DNA from: an uncultured beta proteobacterium
GTDB lineage: Bacteria; Pseudomonadota; Gammaproteobacteria; Burkholderiales; Casimicrobiaceae
Direction: 5' to 3'
Length of the DNA: 64,000 nt
Assembly: GCA_963778935.1 (NCBI GenBank)
Contig: CAVZWA010000017.1
Coordinates: 261,808 to 325,807, forward strand
Below, one piece after another: positions 18,537 through 27,454 of the stretch (its first letter is position 1; each line of letters starts with the position of its first letter). Below the pieces are notes generated by a model that was not told where the DNA came from, did no database searches, and saw only the letters and a list, made by a program, of their open reading frames with translations. Both the position numbers and the translations under genes were made by a program.

Positions 18537-19953
18537 TCTTGTCGTCCGCAACGCGCACGTCGCGACTGCGGCAGACGTGTTCGAGTGCGACATGGGCGTC
18601 AAGGACGGGCGCATCGCCGTGCTGGCCCGCGACCTCGCGCGCGGCGCTGTCGATATCGATGCCGAAGGCCGGTGGGTACTTCCCGGAGGTGTCGACGCAC
18701 ACTGTCACCTCGATCAGCCGATGTCCGACGGCTCGAAAATGGCCGACGATTTCTACTCGGGGACGCTGTCCGCTGCATGCGGCGGAACGACCACGGTCAT
18801 TCCCTTCGCCTGCCAGCAGAAGGGCCAGTCGCTGGCTGCCGCCATCGACGACTACCATCGCCGCGCCGACGGCAAGGCGGTGATCGACTACGCGTTTCAC
18901 CTGATCGTCACCGACCCGACGCCGGACGTACTCCAGCGCGAACTGCCGCACTTCATTGCGCAGGGCTACACGTCGTTCAAGATCTACATGACCTACGACG
19001 ACCTGAAGCTCAACGACCGGCAGATTCTCCAGGTGCTCGCCGTGGCGCGGCGCGAAGGAGCGATGGTGATGATTCACGCCGAGAACACCGATTGCATCGC
19101 GTGGCTCACCGAACAGTTGCTCGAAGCGGGTCACGCAGCGCCCAGATTCCATGCAACGTCGCGGCCCATGCTGGTCGAGCGCGAGGCGACGCATCGAGCC
19201 ATTGCGCTTGGCGAACTCGTCGACTTGCCGGTGCTGATCGTGCACGTTTCCGGCCGCGAGGCGGTGGAGCAAATCCGCTGGGCGCAAGGACGCGGTCTGC
19301 GCATCTACGCCGAGACCTGCCCGCAATACCTGTTCCTCACTGCCGAAGACCTCGCGGGAGACGGTTTCGACGGGGCCAAGTGCATCTGCAGTCCGCCGCC
19401 GCGTGACAAAGCCAACCAGCAGGCGATATGGGATGGGCTCGACAATGGGGTATTTCAGGTCTTCTCGTCCGACCATGCGCCGTTCCGCTTCGGCGGGCCA
19501 GACGGAAAGGGCGTTGCGGGCGCGAACGCCCCGTTCAATCGCGTTCCGAACGGCATACCTGGCATCGAGACCCGGTTGCCGCTCCTTTTCTCCGAGGGCG
19601 TGATGACGGGCCGTATCGACATCAACACTTTTGTCGCGCTGACTTCCACCAACGCCTCGCGGCTCTATGGCCTCTATCCGCGCAAGGGAACGATCGCGGT
19701 CGGCGGCGATGCGGATCTCGTCATCTGGAACGACAAGCTCGACGTGCAGCTCAGCAACGCCATGCTTCACCACAACGTCGACTACACACCCTATGAAGGG
19801 CGCTCGCTCAACGCCTGGCCGGAGATCACGATCTCCCGTGGCGAAGTGGTCTGGCGGCGCCCCGAACCAACAGTTGCACGGGGGCGCGGCCGGTTCCTCC
19901 GCTGCGACCGTCCGCAGCTGGCAAAACCGAAACGTCGGGCGGCCCCGGACTGA
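18523..19953 (+). CDS. dihydropyrimidinase / D-hydantoinase
   Basis: 476 aa. GGVDAHCH (HxH), SFKIYM (carbamylated Lys), MIHAEN, HVS and SDHAP motifs. 14-nt overlap with the deaminase gene. Confidence 0.92.
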   Translation: MPEFDLVVRNAHVATAADVFECDMGVKDGRIAVLARDLARGAVDIDAEGRWVLPGGVDAHCHLDQPMSDGSKMADDFYSGTLSAACGGTTTVIPFACQQKGQSLAAAIDDYHRRADGKAVIDYAFHLIVTDPTPDVLQRELPHFIAQGYTSFKIYMTYDDLKLNDRQILQVLAVARREGAMVMIHAENTDCIAWLTEQLLEAGHAAPRFHATSRPMLVEREATHRAIALGELVDLPVLIVHVSGREAVEQIRWAQGRGLRIYAETCPQYLFLTAEDLAGDGFDGAKCICSPPPRDKANQQAIWDGLDNGVFQVFSSDHAPFRFGGPDGKGVAGANAPFNRVPNGIPGIETRLPLLFSEGVMTGRIDINTFVALTSTNASRLYGLYPRKGTIAVGGDADLVIWNDKLDVQLSNAMLHHNVDYTPYEGRSLNAWPEITISRGEVVWRRPEPTVARGRGRFLRCDRPQLAKPKRRAAPD

Positions 19954-20014
19954 AAGCGTCTGCGATCGGTCGGAACCGCAGCCGATCACCGCAGCGATTC
20001 GCGCAGCTTCGAAC

Positions 20015-20659
20015 TCAGGTGATGGCAGCCTCGATCAGGCAGCCGAACTCGCGCGCAAAATCGACCGACACACGCGCGTGCACCGCGCCCTGCTTGTCGA
20101 AGAAGCGCTGCCTGCCGCGCACGCTGAACACGCCCTCGTGCCAGACGCTCGGATGGATGTAGAGTCCCTGGCGACCGTCGAAGCGGAAGCAGACGAAGTT
20201 TTCCGGTTTGATGTCGTCGCGGGGCAGTGCCAGCGGCACCAGGAATGGCGCCGCGTCGAGCGGGAAAAACAGTTGGCCTCCGTCCGGGTGGTAGTTCGCA
20301 TGCCAGAGCAGGATGCGTGCAGGATCGCGCGCGTGCGTGCGGTCCGCGGCGGCCGGATCGACCGCATACGCCAGGATGTAGTGACCGCCGACGGCGTCGT
20401 TGCGTCCGAACAGGACGTCGCCCTGCCATTCGGCAATGAAGACGCCTTCGGTCGTGCCGCCCTGATTGCCGGTGTCTTCATCGACCGGACGTGTGCCGGA
20501 CGCGGGCCAGCGCACAATTTCTACCGGGCAATCCCGCGGATCGTCGACCAGGGAACCGTAGCCGCGCAGCGTTGCGTTGGTCGCAGCCACGATCGGCATG
20601 ACGACGCACGGCAGGCCCGCCGGTAAATCCGGGCGTAGAAAATCGAAGACCGGCGACAT
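20015..20659 (-). CDS. ureidoglycolate lyase (AllA)-like cupin-fold protein
   Basis: 214 aa. YHPDGGQLFFP...GRQGLYIHPSVWHEGVF resembles the AllA core (ERHP.G.Q.F.P ... G.N.H..VWH) as I recall it. It has an N-terminal extension relative to E. coli AllA. Confidence 0.6.
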   Translation of the reverse strand: MSPVFDFLRPDLPAGLPCVVMPIVAATNATLRGYGSLVDDPRDCPVEIVRWPASGTRPVDEDTGNQGGTTEGVFIAEWQGDVLFGRNDAVGGHYILAYAVDPAAADRTHARDPARILLWHANYHPDGGQLFFPLDAAPFLVPLALPRDDIKPENFVCFRFDGRQGLYIHPSVWHEGVFSVRGRQRFFDKQGAVHARVSVDFAREFGCLIEAAIT

Positions 20660-20682
20660 GTACTGCGGGGTGGATGAGGCTG

Positions 20683-20838
20683 TTACTCCGGCGGAACCTC
20701 ACCGGCGACGGGAGGTGCCAGCGGATCCGCGGCGGGCACCGCATGTCGTTCCTGTTTGCGCAGTCGCTTTTCCTCCTGCTTTTTCTTTTTCTCGAGTTCT
20801 TTTTGCCGCTTCTGGAACTGGAAGTTCGGTTTTGCCAA
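20683..20838 (-). CDS. small Lys/Glu-rich protein (51 aa), hypothetical
   Basis: TTG start 6 nt after AAAGGTG. Sequence: (M)AKPNFQFQKRQKELEKKKKQEEKRLRKQERHAVPAADPLAPPVAGEVPPE. It is the C-terminal part of ORF 20683..20985, and the upstream part looks non-coding. Confidence 0.4.
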   Translation of the reverse strand: MAKPNFQFQKRQKELEKKKKQEEKRLRKQERHAVPAADPLAPPVAGEVPPE

Positions 20839-20998
20839 CGCATCACCTTTCTTAAGCTGGGAGCTTGACCGCACGCGGTCGCGACCGGGTCGGTGACCAA
20901 GCCCACTGCGGGCCAACTTCGGGCCGACTTCTACAGGCCGGTTCGCACCGCATTGTAGAGTTATTGCGGTCGCGCCCGCCAGCAATTTTCAGGCGAAC

Positions 20999-21943
20999 TC
21001 AGGTGGCTTGCGCCGGCTCGTTCGCTGTAGCGCTGGCGCCCTGCGGCCGCGCCGCGATGGCGGCCTGCGGCGTCCACACATCGTCGAGTACATCCAAGAG
21101 CGCGCGAACGACAGGATCCTGCTCGCGCGATTGCAGATGGATGAACCACAGCGTCGTGGCCACGCGTGCGTCGCGCCAGATGCAGATCTCGCCTGCCGCT
21201 TCCCTGCGCAGCGCCAGGTCCTCGCGGATCAACGCCACACCGAGGCCGGAAGCAACCAGCGAACTCACGACCGACTCATGATCCGCGCCGATCAACTTTG
21301 TCGGGTGGGCGCCGTGCGTGCGAAACAGTGTTTGGGCGAGCCGGTGGTGAGTGCTCACCTCCGGCGGCAGGATCCATGGTTCTGCGGCAATTTCGGCCCA
21401 ACCCGCCGCCTCGATGCGGTCGCGCCAGGCAGCTGGCGCCGCCACACGATAGCCGATCTCGCGCAGGGCCTTGCCGGCCACCTGGGGACCATGCATATCG
21501 CCGTAGTAGAAGCTCCCGTCCAGCGTTCCTTCGCGGACGTGCTCGAACGCCAAGCCGGTGATTTCGTGCTTGAACTCGATGTCGAGCAGCGGATAGCGCG
21601 CGACGGCAGAGGTCATGAAGTCGCCCAGGCGAATGAACTCCGGGTCGGACAGCGAACCCAGTGTGGCCTTGCCACCGATTTCGCCCTTGAGCGAACGCGC
21701 CTCCGCCTGCAACACCTGGGCGGCCGCAAGGACCTTCTCGGCCTCGGTCAGCAGGCGCCGGCCGGCCGGTGTCAGCGTCATTCCGGCAGGGGTGCGCTCG
21801 AACAACGGGAGGTCGAGTTCGTCCTCCAGAGCCTTGATTTGCGCCGAAAGTGCGGGCTGGCTGATGTGCAGCTTTTCCGCGGCCCGGGTCAGGTGCCCGG
21901 CTTCCGCGACCGCTGCGAAGCTTTTCAGACGATTGAACTCCAT
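20999..21943 (-). CDS. LysR-family transcriptional regulator
   Basis: 314 aa. N-terminal HTH LTRAAEKLHISQPALSAQIKALE plus a LysR substrate-binding domain. Confidence 0.9.
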   Translation of the reverse strand: MEFNRLKSFAAVAEAGHLTRAAEKLHISQPALSAQIKALEDELDLPLFERTPAGMTLTPAGRRLLTEAEKVLAAAQVLQAEARSLKGEIGGKATLGSLSDPEFIRLGDFMTSAVARYPLLDIEFKHEITGLAFEHVREGTLDGSFYYGDMHGPQVAGKALREIGYRVAAPAAWRDRIEAAGWAEIAAEPWILPPEVSTHHRLAQTLFRTHGAHPTKLIGADHESVVSSLVASGLGVALIREDLALRREAAGEICIWRDARVATTLWFIHLQSREQDPVVRALLDVLDDVWTPQAAIAARPQGASATANEPAQAT

Positions 21944-22130
21944 CGACCTCGATCATGCATGAACATGGTAGGACTATAGCATAATTTGTGCAATGCAGCA
22001 ATCGGTTAGCTACGATCCGTCCCCGCTATGAGCCTTATCAGCACTGGTGATTGGACATTTGCGTCTCCCTTCTCCATCTTGTCATTGTGCGATGCACCAT
22101 AATCGCCCCAAGCAATGAAAGGAACGGAAT

Positions 22131-22490
22131 ATGAAACGCGAATTCGTCCTGCCTGACCTGCTCTCGACCATGACGGCCGATGCCTTGTTTGCACTTCCGC
22201 CCAAAGCCCCGGCCGTGCAGCCTGCTCCGACCAAGCAACGTTCGATCTTCAGCCTTGGCCGCTGGTTCAAGTCCAGACCAGGTGGCGACACCGCGGCGGC
22301 CGGGCCGCAGACGCCCCGTCTGACTTTGGACGATGACTGGGTTGGCGGCTGGTACGCCCGGACCCGGCTGCTTCAGGCGGCTACGCTGGCCAACGCGACC
22401 GCGCGCGACAAGACCGGCTCAACCAACGAGGCGGGCAGCGAGACCAGGATCTCAGCCGATGTCGTTGGCCAGGTGCGGGATTTCTCTTGA
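22131..22490 (+). CDS. hypothetical protein (119 aa), no recognisable domain
   Basis: ATG preceded by AAAGGAACGGAAT. Divergent from the LysR gene. Ala/Pro-rich with no TM segment or motif I can name. Confidence 0.45.
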   Translation: MKREFVLPDLLSTMTADALFALPPKAPAVQPAPTKQRSIFSLGRWFKSRPGGDTAAAGPQTPRLTLDDDWVGGWYARTRLLQAATLANATARDKTGSTNEAGSETRISADVVGQVRDFS

Positions 22491-22552
22491 ACCCACTGTC
22501 TTCGTAACCTGTTGGTGGTAGCGCGTGCGAACTCACACCGGTAGCGGAATTG

Positions 22553-23608
22553 TCAGTGTTCATGCCGATGGTGAATGTCCGGATAGTGGGCGTGCGCATG
22601 CTGTAGCGGCTGATGCTCATGCACATGCGTGTGCGGTTCCGTGCCATTCCAGTCCGCGCCATGCGGGTGCTTGTGGTGTTCATCATGGGTATGCGGATGC
22701 GTGTGGCTCATGGCGACGTGCACGTGATCGTGCAGGTGGCGTTCGGTGACGTGAAGCCAAACACCTGTAGCCATGAGCAAGGCTGACGCAGCGAGTTCTA
22801 CCGTAACCGGATCGTGCTGCAGGACGAGCGCGAGCACGGCGCCGAAAAATGGCGCCACTGAGAAGTACGCGCCGGTTCGTGCTGTGCCGAGTTCGCGCAG
22901 GGCGATCACGAACAGCGTAAGGCTGAGTCCATAACCCGCAAAACCCACCACGGCAGCGAAAGTGACCTCCGACCAGGAAGGTAAGTGCGCGCCCATCGCG
23001 AACGCGATCCCGATATTCACGACGCCGGATACCAGCCCCTTGACGCTGGCAATGGTCATTGCATCATTGGCAGCGACCTTTCGCGTCAGGTTGTTGTCCA
23101 CGCCCCAGCAAAAGCACGCGGCTACAACCAGAAGCGACCCCGTTGAAAGTCGCATATCGCCCGGCGTCCACGCCAAGGCCAAACCACCCGCTACGATCAA
23201 CAGCATCCCAACGGCAATGCGCCGGTCGAAATTCTCGCGAAATACCATCCACGCCAGCAAGGCGGTAAACACAGATTCGAGATTCAACAGTAGCGCGCTC
23301 ACCGACGCCGCGGTCGATTGCAGACCGAGCAGCAGCAATATCGGGCCGGCAATTCCCCCAAATACAATCGACCCGGCAAGCCATTTCAGTTCGCTTCTTT
23401 CGGGCAACACCCAGGTACGCTCGTCGCCACCCGAGATCCAGGATCGAACAGTGATGACCATTGCCAGGCCAAGGCCCGACCCGGCATAGAACAACCCTGC
23501 AAGCAGGACGGGTGGAATGTCGCCAAGCAGTGTTTTGGCGATAGGAGTGCTGGCACCGAAAAGTGCCGCCGCCATCAGTGCGGCCCATACGCCCTTTACC
23601 GGTGTCAT
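22553..23608 (-). CDS. DMT/EamA-family transporter with histidine-rich C-terminal tail
   Basis: 351 aa from ATG 23608 (MTPVKGVWAAL...). Ten predicted TM segments in two EamA repeats. In my count the last 67 residues contain 23 His (HLHDHVHVAMSHTHPHTHDEHHKHPHG...HTHVHEH...HAHAHYPDIHHRHEH). Confidence 0.85.
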   Translation of the reverse strand: MTPVKGVWAALMAAALFGASTPIAKTLLGDIPPVLLAGLFYAGSGLGLAMVITVRSWISGGDERTWVLPERSELKWLAGSIVFGGIAGPILLLLGLQSTAASVSALLLNLESVFTALLAWMVFRENFDRRIAVGMLLIVAGGLALAWTPGDMRLSTGSLLVVAACFCWGVDNNLTRKVAANDAMTIASVKGLVSGVVNIGIAFAMGAHLPSWSEVTFAAVVGFAGYGLSLTLFVIALRELGTARTGAYFSVAPFFGAVLALVLQHDPVTVELAASALLMATGVWLHVTERHLHDHVHVAMSHTHPHTHDEHHKHPHGADWNGTEPHTHVHEHQPLQHAHAHYPDIHHRHEH

Positions 23609-23655
23609 CGGTAGATCACCGACTTCACGTGTGCTCTGCCGACGCCCGCGCGGCG

Positions 23656-25395
23656 TCAGTGACTGACCTTGCCCGGCGTAGCACCCGACTTGCCGACCAG
23701 GAAGTCCAGATCGACGCCTTCGTCGGCCTGCATCACGGTCTCGCAATAGAGTTTGACCCAGCCACGGGTGGCATGCGGCGGCGGCGCCTTCCATTGCTTG
23801 CGGCGGCGGGCCAGCTCGGCGTCGGAAATGTGCAGGTGCAACTTGCGCTTGGCGACGTCGAGCTCAATCAGATCGCCGTTCTGGACCAACGCCAGCGGCC
23901 CACCGGCCGCCGCCTCGGGGGCGGTGTGCAGCACGACGGTGCCGTACGCGGTGCCCGACATGCGCGCGTCCGAGATGCGAATCATGTCCGTGATGCCCTT
24001 TTTCAGCAGCTTGGCGGGCAGTGCGAAATTGCCGACTTCCGGAAAACCGGGGTAGCCCTTCGGTCCGCAATTCTTGAGCACGAGAATGCTGCTCGCATCG
24101 ACTTGCAACCTGGGATCGTCGATGCGCGTATGCAGGTCCTCGATGTTCTCGAACACGACCGCATGTCCCTTGTGCTTCAGCAGCTTCGGTGTTGCCGCCG
24201 AGGGCTTGATCACCGCGCCCTTGGGCGCAAGATTTCCGCGCAGCACGGCAATGCCTCCCTGAGGCTTGAACGGTTTCCTGATCGGCGTGATCACCGCTTC
24301 GTTGTAATTCACGGCATCCTTGGCGTTGTCCCACAGCGTTCTGCCGTTGACCGTGAGCGCCTTTTTGTGGATGTGCTTGCCGATTTCGCGGATCACGACC
24401 GGCAAGCCGCCCGCGTAGTAGAAATCCTCCATCAGGTATTTGCCTGAAGGCATCAGGTTGACCAGGCACGGCATGTCCTGGCCAAGTCGATCCCAATCGT
24501 CGAGCGACAGCTTGATGCCCATGCGCCCGGCGATCGCGAGCAGGTGCACGACGGCATTGGTCGAGCCGCCGATCGCGCCGTTGACCATGATCGCGTTCTC
24601 GAACGCGTCCTTGGTGAGGATCTTCGACATCTTCAGGTCCTCGTGGACCATCTCGACGATGCGTCGTCCGACCATGCGCGCCAGAACCTTGCGGCGCGAA
24701 TCGACGGCGGGAATCGCCGCGTTGGTCGGCAAGCCGATGCCGAGTGCTTCCACCATCGACGCCATGGTCGATGCCGTGCCCATGGTCATGCAGTGGCCAG
24801 CCGAGCGCGACATGCACGATTCCGCTTCGACCATGTCGGCTTCATTCATCTCGCCGCGCTTCATCATTTCGGTGAACTTCCACACGTGCGTGCCCGAGCC
24901 GATGTCCTCGCCGCGGAACTTGCCGTTGAGCATGGGACCGCCGGAAACGCCGATGGTCGGCAGGTCGCACGACGCGGCACCCATCAGCAGCGCCGGGGTC
25001 GTCTTGTCGCAACCCATCATCAGCACGACGCCGTCGAACGGGTTGGCGCGGATCGATTCCTCGACGTCCATCGCGACCTGATTGCGAAACAGCATCGTCG
25101 TCGGCCGCATCACGGGCTCGCCCAGGCTCATCACCGGGAACTCGAGGGGAAAGCCGCCGGCCTCGAGCACGCCGGCCTTGACGTGCTCCGCGAGCTCACG
25201 AAAGTGCGCGTTGCACGGCGTCACCTCGGACCACGTATTGCAGATGCCGATCACCGGGCGCCCGTCGAACAGATCGTGCGGGAAGCCCTGGTTTTTCATC
25301 CATGAGCGATGGACCAGTGCGTCGCGGTCGTGGCGCCCGAACCAGACCGCCGAGCGAAGCGTGCGTTTCTTGCTCTTCGGTGATTGCCTCTTCAT
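23656..25395 (-). CDS. IlvD/Edd-family dehydratase (aldonate dehydratase-like, e.g. arabinonate/xylonate type)
   Basis: 579 aa. ICNTWSE, MGCDKTTPA and the C-terminal ARMSGTAYG motifs. ATGA overlap with the upstream ABC ATPase gene. Confidence 0.9.
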   Translation of the reverse strand: MKRQSPKSKKRTLRSAVWFGRHDRDALVHRSWMKNQGFPHDLFDGRPVIGICNTWSEVTPCNAHFRELAEHVKAGVLEAGGFPLEFPVMSLGEPVMRPTTMLFRNQVAMDVEESIRANPFDGVVLMMGCDKTTPALLMGAASCDLPTIGVSGGPMLNGKFRGEDIGSGTHVWKFTEMMKRGEMNEADMVEAESCMSRSAGHCMTMGTASTMASMVEALGIGLPTNAAIPAVDSRRKVLARMVGRRIVEMVHEDLKMSKILTKDAFENAIMVNGAIGGSTNAVVHLLAIAGRMGIKLSLDDWDRLGQDMPCLVNLMPSGKYLMEDFYYAGGLPVVIREIGKHIHKKALTVNGRTLWDNAKDAVNYNEAVITPIRKPFKPQGGIAVLRGNLAPKGAVIKPSAATPKLLKHKGHAVVFENIEDLHTRIDDPRLQVDASSILVLKNCGPKGYPGFPEVGNFALPAKLLKKGITDMIRISDARMSGTAYGTVVLHTAPEAAAGGPLALVQNGDLIELDVAKRKLHLHISDAELARRRKQWKAPPPHATRGWVKLYCETVMQADEGVDLDFLVGKSGATPGKVSH

Positions 25396-26471
25396 GCCGT
25401 AAGCCGGGCTCCGGATTTCTGATCGAAGATGTGCACCATGGACAGATCCACCGAGAGCCCGATCCGGTCGCCCGGGTTCACGCTCGGTCGCCCATGCGAG
25501 ACCAGTACGATCGGCGCTTCGCCGGCCTGAAGCAGTAATTCGGTTTCGGCACCGGTAGGTTCGACCACGGTCACCTCTGCCGCGACCGTACCTGTGGCGC
25601 CACTACCCGCGATCGACAGATGCTCCGGACGAATGCCATAGGCCACCGCCTGGCCGTCAGCGCCTGCACTTTGACCCAGCGGCCAACGAAGACCTCCGGC
25701 CGATTCCACGTGCGCACTGCCATTCGCGCGCCGCAGCGTCCCATTGACGATGTTCATCGACGGCGAGCCGATGAACTGGGCGACGAACAAATTGTCGGGC
25801 CGATCGTAGAGCGCAAGCGGCGTGCCGATCTGCTCGATGCGCCCATCGTGCATCACCACGATGCGGTCGGCCATGGTCATCGCCTCGACCTGGTCGTGGG
25901 TGACGTACACCGTCGTCGTCTTGAGCCGCTGGTGCAGCGACTTGATCTCGGCGCGCATTGCCACGCGCAGCTTGGCGTCGAGGTTCGACAGGGGTTCGTC
26001 GAACAGGAACACCTTGGGATCACGCACGATCGCGCGTCCCATCGCCACCCGCTGCCGCTGTCCGCCCGACAACTCCCGGGGAAAACGCGCGAGATACGGC
26101 TCGAGGTTGAGGATCTTCGCCGCCCGCGACACCCGCTCCTGAATCACTGAGGCCTCGGCCTTGCGCAGCTTCAGGCTGAACGCCATGTTGTCGGCCACCG
26201 TCATGTGCGGGTACAACGCGTAGCTCTGGAACACCATCGCGATGTCGCGGTCCTTGGATTCGACGTCGTTCACGATCTTGCTGTCGATGGCAATGGTGCC
26301 GGCGGTGATTTCCTCGAGTCCGGCCAGCATGCGCAGCAGCGTCGACTTGCCGCAGCCCGACGGTCCCACCAGCACCATGAACTCGCCATCCTTGATGTCG
26401 AAGCCGATGCCGTGGATGACCTTGGTGCTGCCAAAATTCTTTTCGATGTCTTTGAACGATACGGATGCCAT
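25392..26471 (-). CDS. sugar ABC transporter ATP-binding protein (MalK/UgpC type)
   Basis: Walker A GPSGCGKST, signature LSGGQRQR, Walker B FLFDEPLS, and a C-terminal TOBE-like domain. Confidence 0.93.
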   Translation of the reverse strand: MASVSFKDIEKNFGSTKVIHGIGFDIKDGEFMVLVGPSGCGKSTLLRMLAGLEEITAGTIAIDSKIVNDVESKDRDIAMVFQSYALYPHMTVADNMAFSLKLRKAEASVIQERVSRAAKILNLEPYLARFPRELSGGQRQRVAMGRAIVRDPKVFLFDEPLSNLDAKLRVAMRAEIKSLHQRLKTTTVYVTHDQVEAMTMADRIVVMHDGRIEQIGTPLALYDRPDNLFVAQFIGSPSMNIVNGTLRRANGSAHVESAGGLRWPLGQSAGADGQAVAYGIRPEHLSIAGSGATGTVAAEVTVVEPTGAETELLLQAGEAPIVLVSHGRPSVNPGDRIGLSVDLSMVHIFDQKSGARLTA

Positions 26472-26514
26472 GGTCGATGCCCGGTAAAGTGGTCAGGAAG
26501 GAACGTCGTGCGAA

Positions 26515-27357
26515 TCAGCTTTTTACCGCGCCCGCGGTGAGGCCGCCCACCATGTAGCGCTTGAAGGTGTAGTAGATGGCCGCGGGCGGCAAGGCGTAAA
26601 TCACGCCGACCGTCATCAGCAGTTCCCATGGCGAATCGTCCGCGGCCAGAAAATTGCCCAGCGCGACGCCGAGCGTGATCTGCTTGTCGTTCGACAACAG
26701 CAGGAACGCATACAGATACTCGTTCCACGCCAGCAGCAACGAATAGGTGCCGATGGCGACCAGCGACGGCATCATCAGCGGCACGTAGACCAGCCGGAAC
26801 AGCTGCAGCGGCGACGCGCCGTCCATCTTCGCGGCTTCGTCGAGTTCATAGGGAAGCTTGTCGGAGGCCTGCTTGAGCACCCAGATCGAGTACGGCGAAG
26901 CGATGGTCACCATGGCGAGGATCAGCGCCCACTGGTTGTTGAGCAGGCCGTAGGTGCCCATCGTCTTGTACATCGGCACCGCGAGAAACGCCGCCGGAAT
27001 GAAGTAGGTGAACAGCGCCAGATTCATGATCGTCCTGCCGCCCTTGACCTTGAGGCGGCTGATCGCGAATGCGGCAAATGTTGCGACGAGCAGCGTCAGC
27101 AGGCCGACGGTGACCGCGATCAGCAGCGAGTTCCAGAGTTGCAACCAGAAATGGTTCAGGTAGTGGTGCTGCTCGCTGAATACGATCGAGAAATTGCGCA
27201 GCGTCGGATTATCCGGCCACAGATGGCCGGCAAACGCGGAGTCCTTGGGCGAAATCGCGAACAGGACCATGTGATAGACCGGCAGCAGCGTCCAGATCAG
27301 CACCGGAATGCCGACCAGCAGCAGCTTAGCTTCCGTAGTGACGTCCTTCCACTTCAT
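26515..27357 (-). CDS. carbohydrate ABC transporter permease (MalG-like)
   Basis: 280 aa, six TM segments, EAA loop DEAAKMDGASPLQLF. Confidence 0.9.
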   Translation of the reverse strand: MKWKDVTTEAKLLLVGIPVLIWTLLPVYHMVLFAISPKDSAFAGHLWPDNPTLRNFSIVFSEQHHYLNHFWLQLWNSLLIAVTVGLLTLLVATFAAFAISRLKVKGGRTIMNLALFTYFIPAAFLAVPMYKTMGTYGLLNNQWALILAMVTIASPYSIWVLKQASDKLPYELDEAAKMDGASPLQLFRLVYVPLMMPSLVAIGTYSLLLAWNEYLYAFLLLSNDKQITLGVALGNFLAADDSPWELLMTVGVIYALPPAAIYYTFKRYMVGGLTAGAVKS

Positions 27358-27454
27358 CGCGTCGTCCTGGCGAAGGCGAACGCCTCCCGCAGGGCCGCCC
27401 CAAGGGAGGCGTGTGCCCCCCGGGGGGAGGCGAACGCAGTGAGCTTCGGGGGGA
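27358..27454. repeat. REP-like palindromic element, family A (between two permease cistrons)
   Basis: GCCTCCC..GGGAGGC stem (27382-27410), the CCCCCCGGGGGG palindrome and a GCTTCGGGGGG end. Its reverse complement aligns with 32883-32982. Confidence 0.75.

Noticed and set aside
18175-19989. 604-aa ORF on the minus strand
   Set aside because: It is antisense to the dihydropyrimidinase gene, which has unambiguous catalytic motifs. The translation is Arg/Gly/Pro/Ala-rich with no motifs, which is the expected artefact of stop-poor antisense frames in GC-rich DNA.
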